Part shown: in pieces, positions 1-9,281 of the stretch
How the letters are laid out: each line of letters opens with the position of its first letter
Numbering within the stretch: position 1 is the first letter of the stretch
From: a virus
Taxonomy: Duplodnaviria; Caudoviricetes
Virus record (IMG/VR): IMGVR_UViG_3300020331_000002
DNA: 64,000 nt
Direction: 5' to 3' (one strand)
Program-made: the position numbers and the translations under genes
Notes under the pieces: model-generated
Seen by the model: only the letters and a program-made list of their open reading frames with translations
Told to the model about the DNA's origin: nothing
Databases searched by the model: none

Positions 1-151
1 CAGGTTCAGTCGGTAGTGACCCGTTTTCTTTATAATACAATACATCGGATTTAATTCTCGGCACTTTGTCATTCCTCACTACAGGCATCTTAATCGGGTC
101 TGGTGATTTTAGCTTTTTCGGCCTTACCGGGCCTCTGAATCTAATTGGCAT
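1..151 (-). CDS. Partial gene (runs off the window); 4th member of the MPIRF N-terminal-module family
   Basis: Not in the ORF track. Manual translation from ATG at 151 gives MPIRFRGPVRPKKLKSPDPIKMPVVRNDKVPRIKSDVLYYKENGSLPTEP, near-identical to the start of 1917..2708. TAATG overlap with the stop of 151..1317. Confidence 0.9.
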   Translation of the reverse strand, partial: MPIRFRGPVRPKKLKSPDPIKMPVVRNDKVPRIKSDVLYYKENGSLPTEP

Positions 152-1317
152 TACTTTGTCACCTTCATTATTCTCCCAGTACTGTCTTGGTACGGGATTA
201 GAATTTCAGTTTTACTGAGCATGGTGATGTTGTACATCATGCCACTGCGTGCCTGTGTTCCTGTATATATTTCAGTCGGTAAGGTATACCAACTGTCTTG
301 GACATATTCGGTGCCATTCCAAGTATACTCAATAATACTGAAAGCGTTTGCGTTATCTTGTTCTTTACTACCGGTACACACCACAAACATGGTACCGCCT
401 TGGCCGCGCACAGCAATAGGCCTATAAGAGTTGCCCGGCAATGGGTACGGGTTAGGTATGCGCTGAACTTCCGTCATCGTTGCAGCTACGTCGTCATACT
501 CAAACACAGATATAAAGGCATGGGCGCCAGAGTTTTCTGATGGACTTGCGATTGCCGTCACTAGCAGTCTATCTTGGTCAACACCCATAGAGCCGCCGAA
601 TAGCAAATCATCGTTTGGAAACTGATACCCTATCAATGCCGTAGACGTATATGTAGACGAATCGGCGAGCGTATGGGTAATTGACTTGCGTGCAGATGGA
701 TCAGTTCTAAGCCTGTACCCGATCATGCCGCCGTAATCAGTACCTTGACGCCAATGAGGCGACGACGTTATTTGCAAGTCTTTGTAAACTACGCTCTGTC
801 GTCCTTCTAGTCCAGCAGACGATGTAAGGTCCGCACACACTACACCAGCATCAGTTACTGTACCTGTAGTAAAATCAAAACCGTATCTACGTGTTTGGCC
901 AGAGTTACTAGAGAAAGTCGGGCGGCCAATATACACACAATCATATTCACGATCAAATACTGTCTGGCCTGTTATGATATTAGACAACGCCAACGTGTCA
1001 GTTTGCTGCCATGCTGAGCCGTCCCATTTGTAAAAGTACACACTAGCCGCAACGTCACCGACGTGTAGCGCCATGACGTCGCCGTCTATGACTATACAGT
1101 CAGCGCCACGTGAGCCGTCGGCAGCAGCAGGCAGGCTAAAATACTCACTTATAGATGTCCACGGGTCTGATACTCTTGGCATCTCACCGTGTTCTTTATA
1201 GTATTGTACTTCGGTCTTAACTCTCGTAGACCTATTGTCGCGCACTAAAGGCATATTGATTGGATCTGGTGATTTTAGTTTACGTGGCTTCACCGGGCCT
1301 CTGAATCTAATTGGCAT
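151..1317 (-). CDS. Putative virion adhesin/receptor-binding protein: MPIRF module plus beta-propeller-like C-terminal domain
   Basis: 388 aa; shared ~47-aa N-terminus followed by a beta-rich, aromatic, blade-like repeat region; lies in the structural operon. Confidence 0.55.
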   Translation of the reverse strand: MPIRFRGPVKPRKLKSPDPINMPLVRDNRSTRVKTEVQYYKEHGEMPRVSDPWTSISEYFSLPAAADGSRGADCIVIDGDVMALHVGDVAASVYFYKWDGSAWQQTDTLALSNIITGQTVFDREYDCVYIGRPTFSSNSGQTRRYGFDFTTGTVTDAGVVCADLTSSAGLEGRQSVVYKDLQITSSPHWRQGTDYGGMIGYRLRTDPSARKSITHTLADSSTYTSTALIGYQFPNDDLLFGGSMGVDQDRLLVTAIASPSENSGAHAFISVFEYDDVAATMTEVQRIPNPYPLPGNSYRPIAVRGQGGTMFVVCTGSKEQDNANAFSIIEYTWNGTEYVQDSWYTLPTEIYTGTQARSGMMYNITMLSKTEILIPYQDSTGRIMKVTK

Positions 1318-1319
1318 GG

Positions 1320-1907
1320 TTACTCCATTAATTCAAGCGATCGTATTCTAAACGCTGGGCCGCCGCCGCCAGTATGTTGGCCCCTAAATACAATAAGGTT
1401 CATATCAGTAACAGAAAAATCCATCTCGTATCTTGTCCAGCTACCCTTAACCGCAAGCGGCATATGAGTGTTATTATATGCATATGTATTTTGACCAGAA
1501 GTATTATTCCACGATATACGGAATAGTCCGGTTTTCGGGCTCGTGGTATTTGACCCCACGTCAAATACGCATCGTATTGTTCCAGTAAAAGGCAAGGTTG
1601 TTGACCACTGTGCCTTAACAAAACTACTGGTCATAGAACAATACCATCGCTCGGTGACAGTATCTGTATTTCCGTCCAATGCGTAACTGCGGGTCATGTC
1701 TGTATTTTCATCGACGTATGTTCCGCTACCCAGGGTAGATCCGAATACCAAGTGAGCGGTATCACTAGGCATCTCGCCGTTCTCTTTGTAATACTGTACT
1801 TCGGATTTAATCTTCGGTACTTTATCATTCCTTATGGCCGGAATATTGATCGGGTCTGGTGTTATTAGTTTTTTCGGCTTCACCGGGCCTCTGAATCTAA
1901 TTGGCAT
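1320..1907 (-). CDS. Putative virion adhesin: MPIRF module plus carbohydrate-binding jelly-roll-like domain
   Basis: 195 aa; shared N-terminus; C-terminal ~140 aa resembles a galactose-binding-like beta-sandwich (W..YE.DF, FRIRSLEL end). Confidence 0.5.
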   Translation of the reverse strand: MPIRFRGPVKPKKLITPDPINIPAIRNDKVPKIKSEVQYYKENGEMPSDTAHLVFGSTLGSGTYVDENTDMTRSYALDGNTDTVTERWYCSMTSSFVKAQWSTTLPFTGTIRCVFDVGSNTTSPKTGLFRISWNNTSGQNTYAYNNTHMPLAVKGSWTRYEMDFSVTDMNLIVFRGQHTGGGGPAFRIRSLELME

Positions 1908-1916
1908 ACGATATCC

Positions 1917-2708
1917 TTATGCGTTCGGGTCAGTTACGGTTAGCCTAAAGTTGCCAACACGGGTAGTACTGTTATTAGCCCCTAATCTAAGAGTAGGAGC
2001 GAAGGTACTATCATACGTCCACAATGTGGTTCCGACTTGCACTGCATTAACGAATACAGTCACTACATTACCGGTTTTAGTAATCTTAAACGTCTGCGGG
2101 TAATCGAAGTTCCACCCGCCTCCACTAGTGGGGTCGAATTCCGCATCAAGTACACCAATTGTGTTACTCGCGTAATAGGTTCCAAACGGCGTAATCTGGT
2201 TCCAAAGTCGACCGTCGTTGTTTGTTTGCCACCACCAGTAAAATAGCGGCGCACACGACGTACCTTGATAGTTTTGGTCATCCAGAGCAACGAAAGCGGA
2301 TATGTTTGCTCCGTACGCGGCACGATTACATTCTAATGTCAATGTAAAATCGTGGCCGGGAAGAATCGGAAACGTTTTTATTTGATTATCGGATACCTTA
2401 GTTAGCTGCGTAAACGCCCAATCATCGCCGTGTTGTACAGACACGTAGGTACTGCCATAAGTCTTTTCAGCGGAGCGCAACTCATCTGTTAGGTAAAATG
2501 CACCCGACGGATCGAACGAGCCCGTCTCGTTGTTACTCGATATATCATAAACCACGGCAGGTTCAGTCGGTAGTGAGCCGTGCTCTTTGTAATACAATAC
2601 TTCGGATTTAATTCTTGGCACTTTGTCGTTCCTCACTACAGGCATTTTGATTGGATCAGGTGATTTTAATTTACGTGGCCTCACCGGGCCTTTGAATCTA
2701 ATTGGCAT
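1917..2708 (-). CDS. Putative virion adhesin: MPIRF module plus ConA/LamG-like lectin domain
   Basis: 263 aa; shared N-terminus; the C-terminal pattern FKITKTGNVVTVFVNAVQVG is typical of ConA-like beta-sandwiches. Confidence 0.5.
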   Translation of the reverse strand: MPIRFKGPVRPRKLKSPDPIKMPVVRNDKVPRIKSEVLYYKEHGSLPTEPAVVYDISSNNETGSFDPSGAFYLTDELRSAEKTYGSTYVSVQHGDDWAFTQLTKVSDNQIKTFPILPGHDFTLTLECNRAAYGANISAFVALDDQNYQGTSCAPLFYWWWQTNNDGRLWNQITPFGTYYASNTIGVLDAEFDPTSGGGWNFDYPQTFKITKTGNVVTVFVNAVQVGTTLWTYDSTFAPTLRLGANNSTTRVGNFRLTVTDPNA

Positions 2709-2725
2709 TCTTATCCCTTAAAAGA

Positions 2726-4720
2726 TTACATGTACGAAACGCTAATTATTGCCGAACCCACAGTTGAGCCGTTTGGCTTGTAAGCAGCAATAATAACCGA
2801 GTCTGTACCGTCTCCGTTGTCTAGCACCATGTCGGATTGTATCGAATATGTACCCTCGGTTGCTAAGTCAAGCAAGTCGTTATCCATAAGTCTGTCAGGG
2901 TCAGTGCTAGGCCCTAGTGTAAGTTCAGCACTGCCGTCGAATTCCGTCGTTACCGTGACAGTAATCAACGTTATTCTTGAACCAGGCGATACACTACCGA
3001 TTATTAAGGTAGGTTGAGAGTCAAAATTCAACTCAACAGTCATCGTATCAGCATCAGTGCGTGCACTGTCTTCGTCTGCGGTTCTTACCCAGTCTTGTCC
3101 AGTCCACAAGTAGATAGCCCATTCGCTATTGCCGTCGTCTATCACATATGCTTGGTCACCAACAAGTGGATTAAGTATGTCACGACTATTTACATCGGCT
3201 ACCACAGTCATGCTCGAGCCGCCCGATCCGGAAGATATGACACGTAAGCCTTGCTCAACATACATCGCTTCGGCTTTTGCACCGTTTTCTACTGTATATA
3301 AGCCGGTGTCTTCTACCGGAGTACCAGAAACGTTTCGTGTACTAATAGGACCGGCGTCACTGCCTTCTACTTTGATTTGGACGTCACTAGTACCAGATGT
3401 GCTCAACGGCAAGCCAGTAGACGAGGCAGGGCCTGCGAAGTTATTACCGGAACCGTCGGACGCGATATTAGTGATGTTAATTGCGCCACCTGTGCGATCA
3501 TATAACCGCAAAAGACCATTATTGTCTTCACCGTATATGTCAGCGTTGCCGGCCGCGTTCATATCTCTTTCGATGGCAGCAATCATATCATCCACGTTGG
3601 CCGCGGTAGTGCCAAATTGCGCGGTTCCGTTGGTAGTCAAGTCGAATGTGACCAACACTCCGTTTATTTCTGCCTGTGACGTGTTGCCTATTGCGCCCGT
3701 AACACCATAAGCCAAGTCGCCTACACTACCAGTTACACTAGTCGGAGGCGCCACAGAGCTCGCAAGAACGCCAGTCGTGCCCGTTACTGCGTTAATAGAA
3801 CTGATGATATCGCTTGTATCACCTACACTAAAAGTAACTTCTACGCCGTTCACAGACATTTTATTACCCGCGGTAGTTGTCGGGTTTATTACGTCAGAAA
3901 TGTGTTCGGTTACCGTTGCTTCTTTAGTCTTTATGTACATAATGTGGTCAGTAACATTGGTTGTTATCTTACCAGCATTGTTTTCGTCAAGATAAAGAAT
4001 AGACGCAACGTCCCCAGGAAGAGAGTCTAAATCATCAATTATGCGCTGTACAGGTGTTACGTAGAATCCGTCAGGTCCCGGGCCTAATGCACTAACACGA
4101 CCAACGATATACGGATACTCAGGCGCGGATAAAACCCAACTATTAGTAGAGGGGTCTGCCGCGACTATATCGCCTATCTGGAACGAGTGCCCTTCCTGTG
4201 TCATCGGGTAATCGTACTCGAGGTTGATGTTCTGGAAGCGACTCATCAGGTTAGCAAAGAATATAGAACTAATAGTCCCCGGCGTCAGGCCGTCTAGTAA
4301 CGGTTCGCCTTCTTCGTTTAGTGTGAATATAAGAGCAGAACCAGCTTGCGGTGCACCTGATCCTTGTGCGCCAGGATCACGATACGTGTTATAACGATCA
4401 ACATCCTCTAAGATAAAAGACAGTGTTGTTTCTGACTTGCTTACTATGCCTACTATCTTATGCGCAGTACCAGTTGACGTGTTTGCTAGCCAATCACCGA
4501 TGGCTACATCATAACCATTATATTCGAATGGCTTGCGTGTTAAGTGGCTAGAGTGATTTGATTTAGTGACAGTGACATCTACTGTCCAGCGATAAAAGCG
4601 AGGGCTTGAGCCCCCGCTCCAATAAGGATCACCAGTGCCGTCGTCGTATATCCAACGTTCGTATCCCGAGATATTAGATACTTCGGCACGGATGAGCTTT
4701 GAGGGTAAAGAAATGGCCAT
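2726..4720 (-). CDS. Virion structural protein (tail/baseplate-associated)
   Basis: ~664 aa, G/T/S/D-rich; carries a fibre-type segment VVADVNSRDIL..GDQAYVIDDGNSEWAIYLW. ATG at 4720 with an AAGGA RBS is preferred over the track's TTG at 4726. Confidence 0.6.
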   Translation of the reverse strand: MAISLPSKLIRAEVSNISGYERWIYDDGTGDPYWSGGSSPRFYRWTVDVTVTKSNHSSHLTRKPFEYNGYDVAIGDWLANTSTGTAHKIVGIVSKSETTLSFILEDVDRYNTYRDPGAQGSGAPQAGSALIFTLNEEGEPLLDGLTPGTISSIFFANLMSRFQNINLEYDYPMTQEGHSFQIGDIVAADPSTNSWVLSAPEYPYIVGRVSALGPGPDGFYVTPVQRIIDDLDSLPGDVASILYLDENNAGKITTNVTDHIMYIKTKEATVTEHISDVINPTTTAGNKMSVNGVEVTFSVGDTSDIISSINAVTGTTGVLASSVAPPTSVTGSVGDLAYGVTGAIGNTSQAEINGVLVTFDLTTNGTAQFGTTAANVDDMIAAIERDMNAAGNADIYGEDNNGLLRLYDRTGGAINITNIASDGSGNNFAGPASSTGLPLSTSGTSDVQIKVEGSDAGPISTRNVSGTPVEDTGLYTVENGAKAEAMYVEQGLRVISSGSGGSSMTVVADVNSRDILNPLVGDQAYVIDDGNSEWAIYLWTGQDWVRTADEDSARTDADTMTVELNFDSQPTLIIGSVSPGSRITLITVTVTTEFDGSAELTLGPSTDPDRLMDNDLLDLATEGTYSIQSDMVLDNGDGTDSVIIAAYKPNGSTVGSAIISVSYM

Positions 4721-4742
4721 TTCCAATAAATCCTTTTTCTAT

Positions 4743-4748
4743 TATTTA
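4743..4748 (-). promoter_or_regulatory. TAAATA putative late promoter inside a 10-bp inverted repeat (4735-4756)
   Basis: TTTTCTATTAAATAATAGAAAA upstream of a structural gene. Confidence 0.5.
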
Positions 4749-4756
4749 ATAGAAAA

Positions 4757-7168
4757 TTATCCTGGGATATGGAAAAGAACAAACACCCTCGCATAGTACG
4801 TCGGCAAACCATTAAGGTTATTTGCGCCCGTGTTAGCACGTGACATTGCCATTTGCCATTGCCCCACATTCTCTTGCGTAGTCTTAGGCAAGTCTGGATC
4901 AGTATAGCTTTTGCCGTTTGGATCAGTCATAAACAATTGTTGGTCGACAATCTCTGTCGTATCTATGATGTTCCATTTACCAGTAAACAAGTTCTGAGCA
5001 TAAATCATACAAGCAACGGGTGGCAAGTTATAACCAGAGAATGTAAACCCTGTTAAGTTCTGCTCGTCTGCGGTGATATATTCAATTGCCACACCTGCAG
5101 AGTGCTGTGTTGCTGCCTGATCAAATGTGTCACCTGCTTGGTACTGGAATACAGCCCATTCATAACCGCCTGAGCCACTACCACCAGATCCAGCCGGTGC
5201 TGTTAGTGCGAACGTGCCTGCGCCTAAGTCAATCGAACCAGTAACGTTACCGCCTGATTGCGACAATGTAGGTAATGCTGTAATCTCAGACCACGCATGG
5301 GTGTGAGTACTTGGCGGGAACTCAGTTGGCACATCAGTCAAGTCGTTATAACTATATGTTGCTGATCCGCCTGTTGGTGTAGCCGCTACCCACTGTCCGC
5401 TCTGATACGTTAGTACATCACCTTCACTTCCTGTAGGGAAATCCGAAATGTCACTGAATGAGTGAGTGTGTGCACTAGGTGCAAACGTACTAGGTACATT
5501 TGACAGGTTACTATAATTACCATCAAACGGTGTGTATACTTCCCATGTTAGCACGCCGTAACGTATACTCTGCCCTTGTGACGGAGACAAGTCAAACAAG
5601 TTATAAAACTGTTCGAATCCCAGCTGTCCATTACCGTCTGTTACCATTACTTGGCCAGCACTGCCGTCAGCAGTCGGTAAGTTGAATCCGTCTATAGTGA
5701 ACGATCCGGTAGTCAAGTCGCCGCCTAGTACAGGGTTGGTGTCGTCAGATACTGCCGTTAAGCCGTTAGCCGAAATCGTTGCCGCTACCCACTCAGTGCC
5801 ATTATATCGAAGCACCTGACCTGATGTTGCTCCAGACACGTCTGTATCAGATAGCCCTGTAAGAGATGTTGCTGCGGTTTGTGGTGCTTGTGCTAACCAC
5901 TGCGTGCCGTTCCACGTTAGTAGATCACCGCTTGTGCTACCTTGCGGGAAGCCTGTAATCTGACCAAATGTATGGGTGTGAGCACTCGGTGTAAACGACG
6001 TCGGTCTATTCTGTATGGCTGACCATTCCGGATTAGCAGATGAGTCACTGACGTTTACTACTAGTGTTCCGTTTGCTAGGTTTAGTGTGCCTGAATCAAT
6101 ATTCTGCCCGGTAACTGGAATATCAGTCGGTTTGTTCTGTACCAGATTCCAGTACGTTTGTCCAGTTGTGTTAGCCTGTGCTACCCAGCCGCCTGTAGCA
6201 GAGTTCCATACTAGAATCTGTCCGTTAGACGTGCCTTGCGGAATTGTGCCTTGCGGGGCGTCTGATATAACCCATGTAGACCCATCCCAGGTAAAGATCT
6301 GTCCAGGTGACGTGCCGACCGGCAAATTGCCATTACGAATCTTGTCAAACTTTAGTGAACCGTCCGAGTCTACAACTAATATATCACCTGCACTACCAAC
6401 AGCGTCGGGGAATAAGTAGCCACTGATCCCGACACGCCCTTGATCACCGCCTTCGAGCATCAAGTCATCACTGCCGTCAGCACGTATGGTAGACGGGCCT
6501 GCACCAGTGTCGAATATAATGCCGCCTTCACCGGTAATGGCCTGTCCGTTAGTCTTTAATGGTGCGCTAAGTGTTGGATCAGGATCACCAAACAAGCTAA
6601 ACGAGCCGCCTGTGCCGCCGCCACCGCTTCCGCCTGTGCCGCCTACTTGACCCACATATACGTAACCTTCGACTGTCAGACCTGTACCGACGTTAGGTAC
6701 ATTGTTTACAAATTGCAGTACTCCAGATACGTAATCAAATACCCACTCAAAACCATTGTTAAGCGGGTTTAACGAGTTAGCAGGGTCAACTGTATTGTCG
6801 CTATAAACTTTTAATAGATAATCAGACCCAAACGACGGCGGGATCCAATTTCTTACACGGTTAGCAGGGTCAGTAGTAGAGCCATTCGGATCTACTAGAG
6901 CAAGCCATGCTTTGTTACCAGGTACCGTGGGGTCGGGCACTAACGTCACCGCGTCTGCACCCGTACGAAGTTCTATTTGTGACGTAGTGATAAGAGGGGC
7001 AGTAGTTGGTATCACTGAAGCCTCGCTCCAAACGAAACGCGCATCTACTACTATCGGACTGGCTATCGTTTCGTTAGCAGCCGCCTTACCGCCTATATTG
7101 GTGTTCGAGACACCGAATATAAGCTTCTTCCACAAATAATCAACTTTTTGACTATCACTAATTGCCAT
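4757..7168 (-). CDS. Tail fibre-like protein with G[QD]xLxW[DN]GxxWV repeats and HTH (HxH) fibre repeats
   Basis: 803 aa; ~7 WxGxxW-type repeats and 3 PS[AT]HTH repeats; the N-terminal ~185 aa is paralogous to 7179..9269. Confidence 0.7.
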   Translation of the reverse strand: MAISDSQKVDYLWKKLIFGVSNTNIGGKAAANETIASPIVVDARFVWSEASVIPTTAPLITTSQIELRTGADAVTLVPDPTVPGNKAWLALVDPNGSTTDPANRVRNWIPPSFGSDYLLKVYSDNTVDPANSLNPLNNGFEWVFDYVSGVLQFVNNVPNVGTGLTVEGYVYVGQVGGTGGSGGGGTGGSFSLFGDPDPTLSAPLKTNGQAITGEGGIIFDTGAGPSTIRADGSDDLMLEGGDQGRVGISGYLFPDAVGSAGDILVVDSDGSLKFDKIRNGNLPVGTSPGQIFTWDGSTWVISDAPQGTIPQGTSNGQILVWNSATGGWVAQANTTGQTYWNLVQNKPTDIPVTGQNIDSGTLNLANGTLVVNVSDSSANPEWSAIQNRPTSFTPSAHTHTFGQITGFPQGSTSGDLLTWNGTQWLAQAPQTAATSLTGLSDTDVSGATSGQVLRYNGTEWVAATISANGLTAVSDDTNPVLGGDLTTGSFTIDGFNLPTADGSAGQVMVTDGNGQLGFEQFYNLFDLSPSQGQSIRYGVLTWEVYTPFDGNYSNLSNVPSTFAPSAHTHSFSDISDFPTGSEGDVLTYQSGQWVAATPTGGSATYSYNDLTDVPTEFPPSTHTHAWSEITALPTLSQSGGNVTGSIDLGAGTFALTAPAGSGGSGSGGYEWAVFQYQAGDTFDQAATQHSAGVAIEYITADEQNLTGFTFSGYNLPPVACMIYAQNLFTGKWNIIDTTEIVDQQLFMTDPNGKSYTDPDLPKTTQENVGQWQMAMSRANTGANNLNGLPTYYARVFVLFHIPG

Positions 7169-7178
7169 GTCTTATCCT

Positions 7179-9269
7179 TTACTTGATCTCTATGCCCGTA
7201 ATAGAATCATTTGCTTCCATACGGAAACGAACATAAATCTTGTTATCCGTTGCGTTCGTAGATGTCTCAGTACCGAAAGTGGCTCTAAATGTACCGGATG
7301 ATCCAGTTGCTACTGAACCCAATGCGCACCCCGCTGTGGGAACGCCAGCGCCGCCGTATAGTTGGAACATATCCCACCATCCAGCAACTCCCGGTATCTG
7401 TACTTCAAGGCCACTGTATGTGCCTGTGACTTGAATATCAAATAACGATACTGCCGAGCGTCTAAACTCAACTGTAAAATACTGCACAGCAGCCTTACTA
7501 GAGTAGTCAGGGCCAGCTGGTAGATAGCCACTTGTGTAATCAGTGTTGTCGTGGCGCATAACGCCGCCCACTACCGTCGCCTCATCTGATGCTACTAACG
7601 TAGAAGAATCCCATGCAGAAAAATCACTAGTATTTACGCGATATCCATTTGTACTTGCGCCAGAAGGAATACTGCCTAAACTAGACCTAACCGGTATATT
7701 AAGTTCCTTTACCGGTGATGTTGGGTTGCCACTCATTACTAGCACAGTCGAGCCAAAGCTACTTGAGCCGTCTTTATCTGGATTGTGTGCCGAAACACTA
7801 ATTGTAGAAGAACGATGGTGATTGCCGGATATAGTAAGGGGCATGTCTGTGATTGAGCCACTTGCATAATTCACAACAAGCGGATCAGGTAAGCCATAGT
7901 CACCAGCGCCTGCTTGAGTAGAAGCTACCGAGCCTGAAATGGATCCTACGAATATGCCTTTTTGTAGATATGTTTGTGTAGACAAGTTAGTGGCAGACGC
8001 ACTGACAAGCAACACACTACCGGCGTCATAATGCGGTACACCACTACTAAGTGATGTATTGATAGTTGAGCCTTCCGTTACAGAAACACCACTCACAGTC
8101 ACAGTGTCACCCACAGTGTCTACCAAGAAATCAGCAGTATTAGTCGTACCAGTTTCACTGTGCTCTAGCACGGCGTTGTTTAGACCAAGTGTTGTTATAT
8201 TGGCTATACGTGCGCTCAAGTCCTGGAAGAAGCCGGGTGTCTGTTGCGGGAAGTCATCGTTGGCCGTGATAGTAATAAAGCCATTCGCGCTTGTGCCAGT
8301 ATCATCGCCGCCTGTTAACGGTATGCTGTCAATCGAGCTGCCGTTTAACGTCGCAGATAATACACCACTATTACCGGATCCAAAGCTGGTAACGAGTGCG
8401 CTAGATGCACTATTCGTACTTCTATTAGCCGCAGGAGATCCAGCCGCTGGACCGCTGCCTGTATTATCGGTATACCCGTCTGCGTAATAAAGCGCACCGT
8501 TAGGTCGAGTATTAGGAAACGACAGTGTCTTAGTAGACAGATCATCGGGCCCGTCTGGTAATAATAGACCCAATATCTCATTCAAGCTATCAACCGCATC
8601 TACTATTTTTGTATTCGTTGTCCATCCAGTAACAGCAGGGGACTTGCCACCAGTTACTCTAGGTGCATCAAAGTCACCATCAGCCGGAAGCTCAGTAAAG
8701 ATAGGTGTGCCGCCTGTGCCGCCGCCAGACGATCCTGTGCCGCCTACCTCACCGATATATCGGTAGCCCTCTACTATAATACCAGTGCCTGCAGGCGGGA
8801 TATTATTGATGAATTGTAACACACCAGAAGCATAGTCGAATACCCACTCATTATTGGCAGCTAATAAGTTAAGGGAATTACCAGGCGCCACTGTTTGATC
8901 ACTATAGACTTTGACAAGATAGTCAGGTCCAAATGATGCCGGGATCCAGTTGCCAAGCCTGTTAGCGGGATCAGCCGGGTCGCCGTTGACATCACTTACC
9001 GCAATCCAAGTCCTGTCATTAGCCACAGTAGGATCTGGTACAAACACCACAGCATTAGCGCCCGTCAGGACTTCTATAACACTAGTATCACTCGCAGGTG
9101 GTGTCGCTGGTATAGATGCCGCTTCGCTCCAGACATTGCGTGAGTCTACTATAACCGGACTCGGTATAGTTTCGTTAGCCGCTTGCTTAGCGGTAGTAGA
9201 TGTGGAAGATTGCCCGTATATTAGCTTCTTCCATAAAAAGTCTACTTTTTGTGAATCGTTAATAGCCAT
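7179..9269 (-). CDS. Virion structural/fibre protein
   Basis: 696 aa; N-terminus MAINDSQKVDFLWKKL shared with 4757..7168; C-terminal ~500 aa shared with 9282..11276. Confidence 0.65.
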   Translation of the reverse strand: MAINDSQKVDFLWKKLIYGQSSTSTTAKQAANETIPSPVIVDSRNVWSEAASIPATPPASDTSVIEVLTGANAVVFVPDPTVANDRTWIAVSDVNGDPADPANRLGNWIPASFGPDYLVKVYSDQTVAPGNSLNLLAANNEWVFDYASGVLQFINNIPPAGTGIIVEGYRYIGEVGGTGSSGGGTGGTPIFTELPADGDFDAPRVTGGKSPAVTGWTTNTKIVDAVDSLNEILGLLLPDGPDDLSTKTLSFPNTRPNGALYYADGYTDNTGSGPAAGSPAANRSTNSASSALVTSFGSGNSGVLSATLNGSSIDSIPLTGGDDTGTSANGFITITANDDFPQQTPGFFQDLSARIANITTLGLNNAVLEHSETGTTNTADFLVDTVGDTVTVSGVSVTEGSTINTSLSSGVPHYDAGSVLLVSASATNLSTQTYLQKGIFVGSISGSVASTQAGAGDYGLPDPLVVNYASGSITDMPLTISGNHHRSSTISVSAHNPDKDGSSSFGSTVLVMSGNPTSPVKELNIPVRSSLGSIPSGASTNGYRVNTSDFSAWDSSTLVASDEATVVGGVMRHDNTDYTSGYLPAGPDYSSKAAVQYFTVEFRRSAVSLFDIQVTGTYSGLEVQIPGVAGWWDMFQLYGGAGVPTAGCALGSVATGSSGTFRATFGTETSTNATDNKIYVRFRMEANDSITGIEIK

Positions 9270-9281
9270 TATTCAAAATCC

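Larger units (their letters stand above)
1..2708. repeat. Four ~150-bp direct repeats (5' ends of the MPIRF genes) at about 1-151, 1170-1317, 1760-1907 and 2558-2708
   Basis: The 26-mer accgggcctctgaatctaattggcat is identical at 126, 1292 and 1882, with one mismatch at 2683. Confidence 0.95.

Noticed and set aside
1-2708. Diversity-generating retroelement acting on the adhesin cassette
   Set aside because: No reverse transcriptase in the window; the repeats are at 5' ends rather than C-terminal variable regions, and mismatches are not adenine-specific
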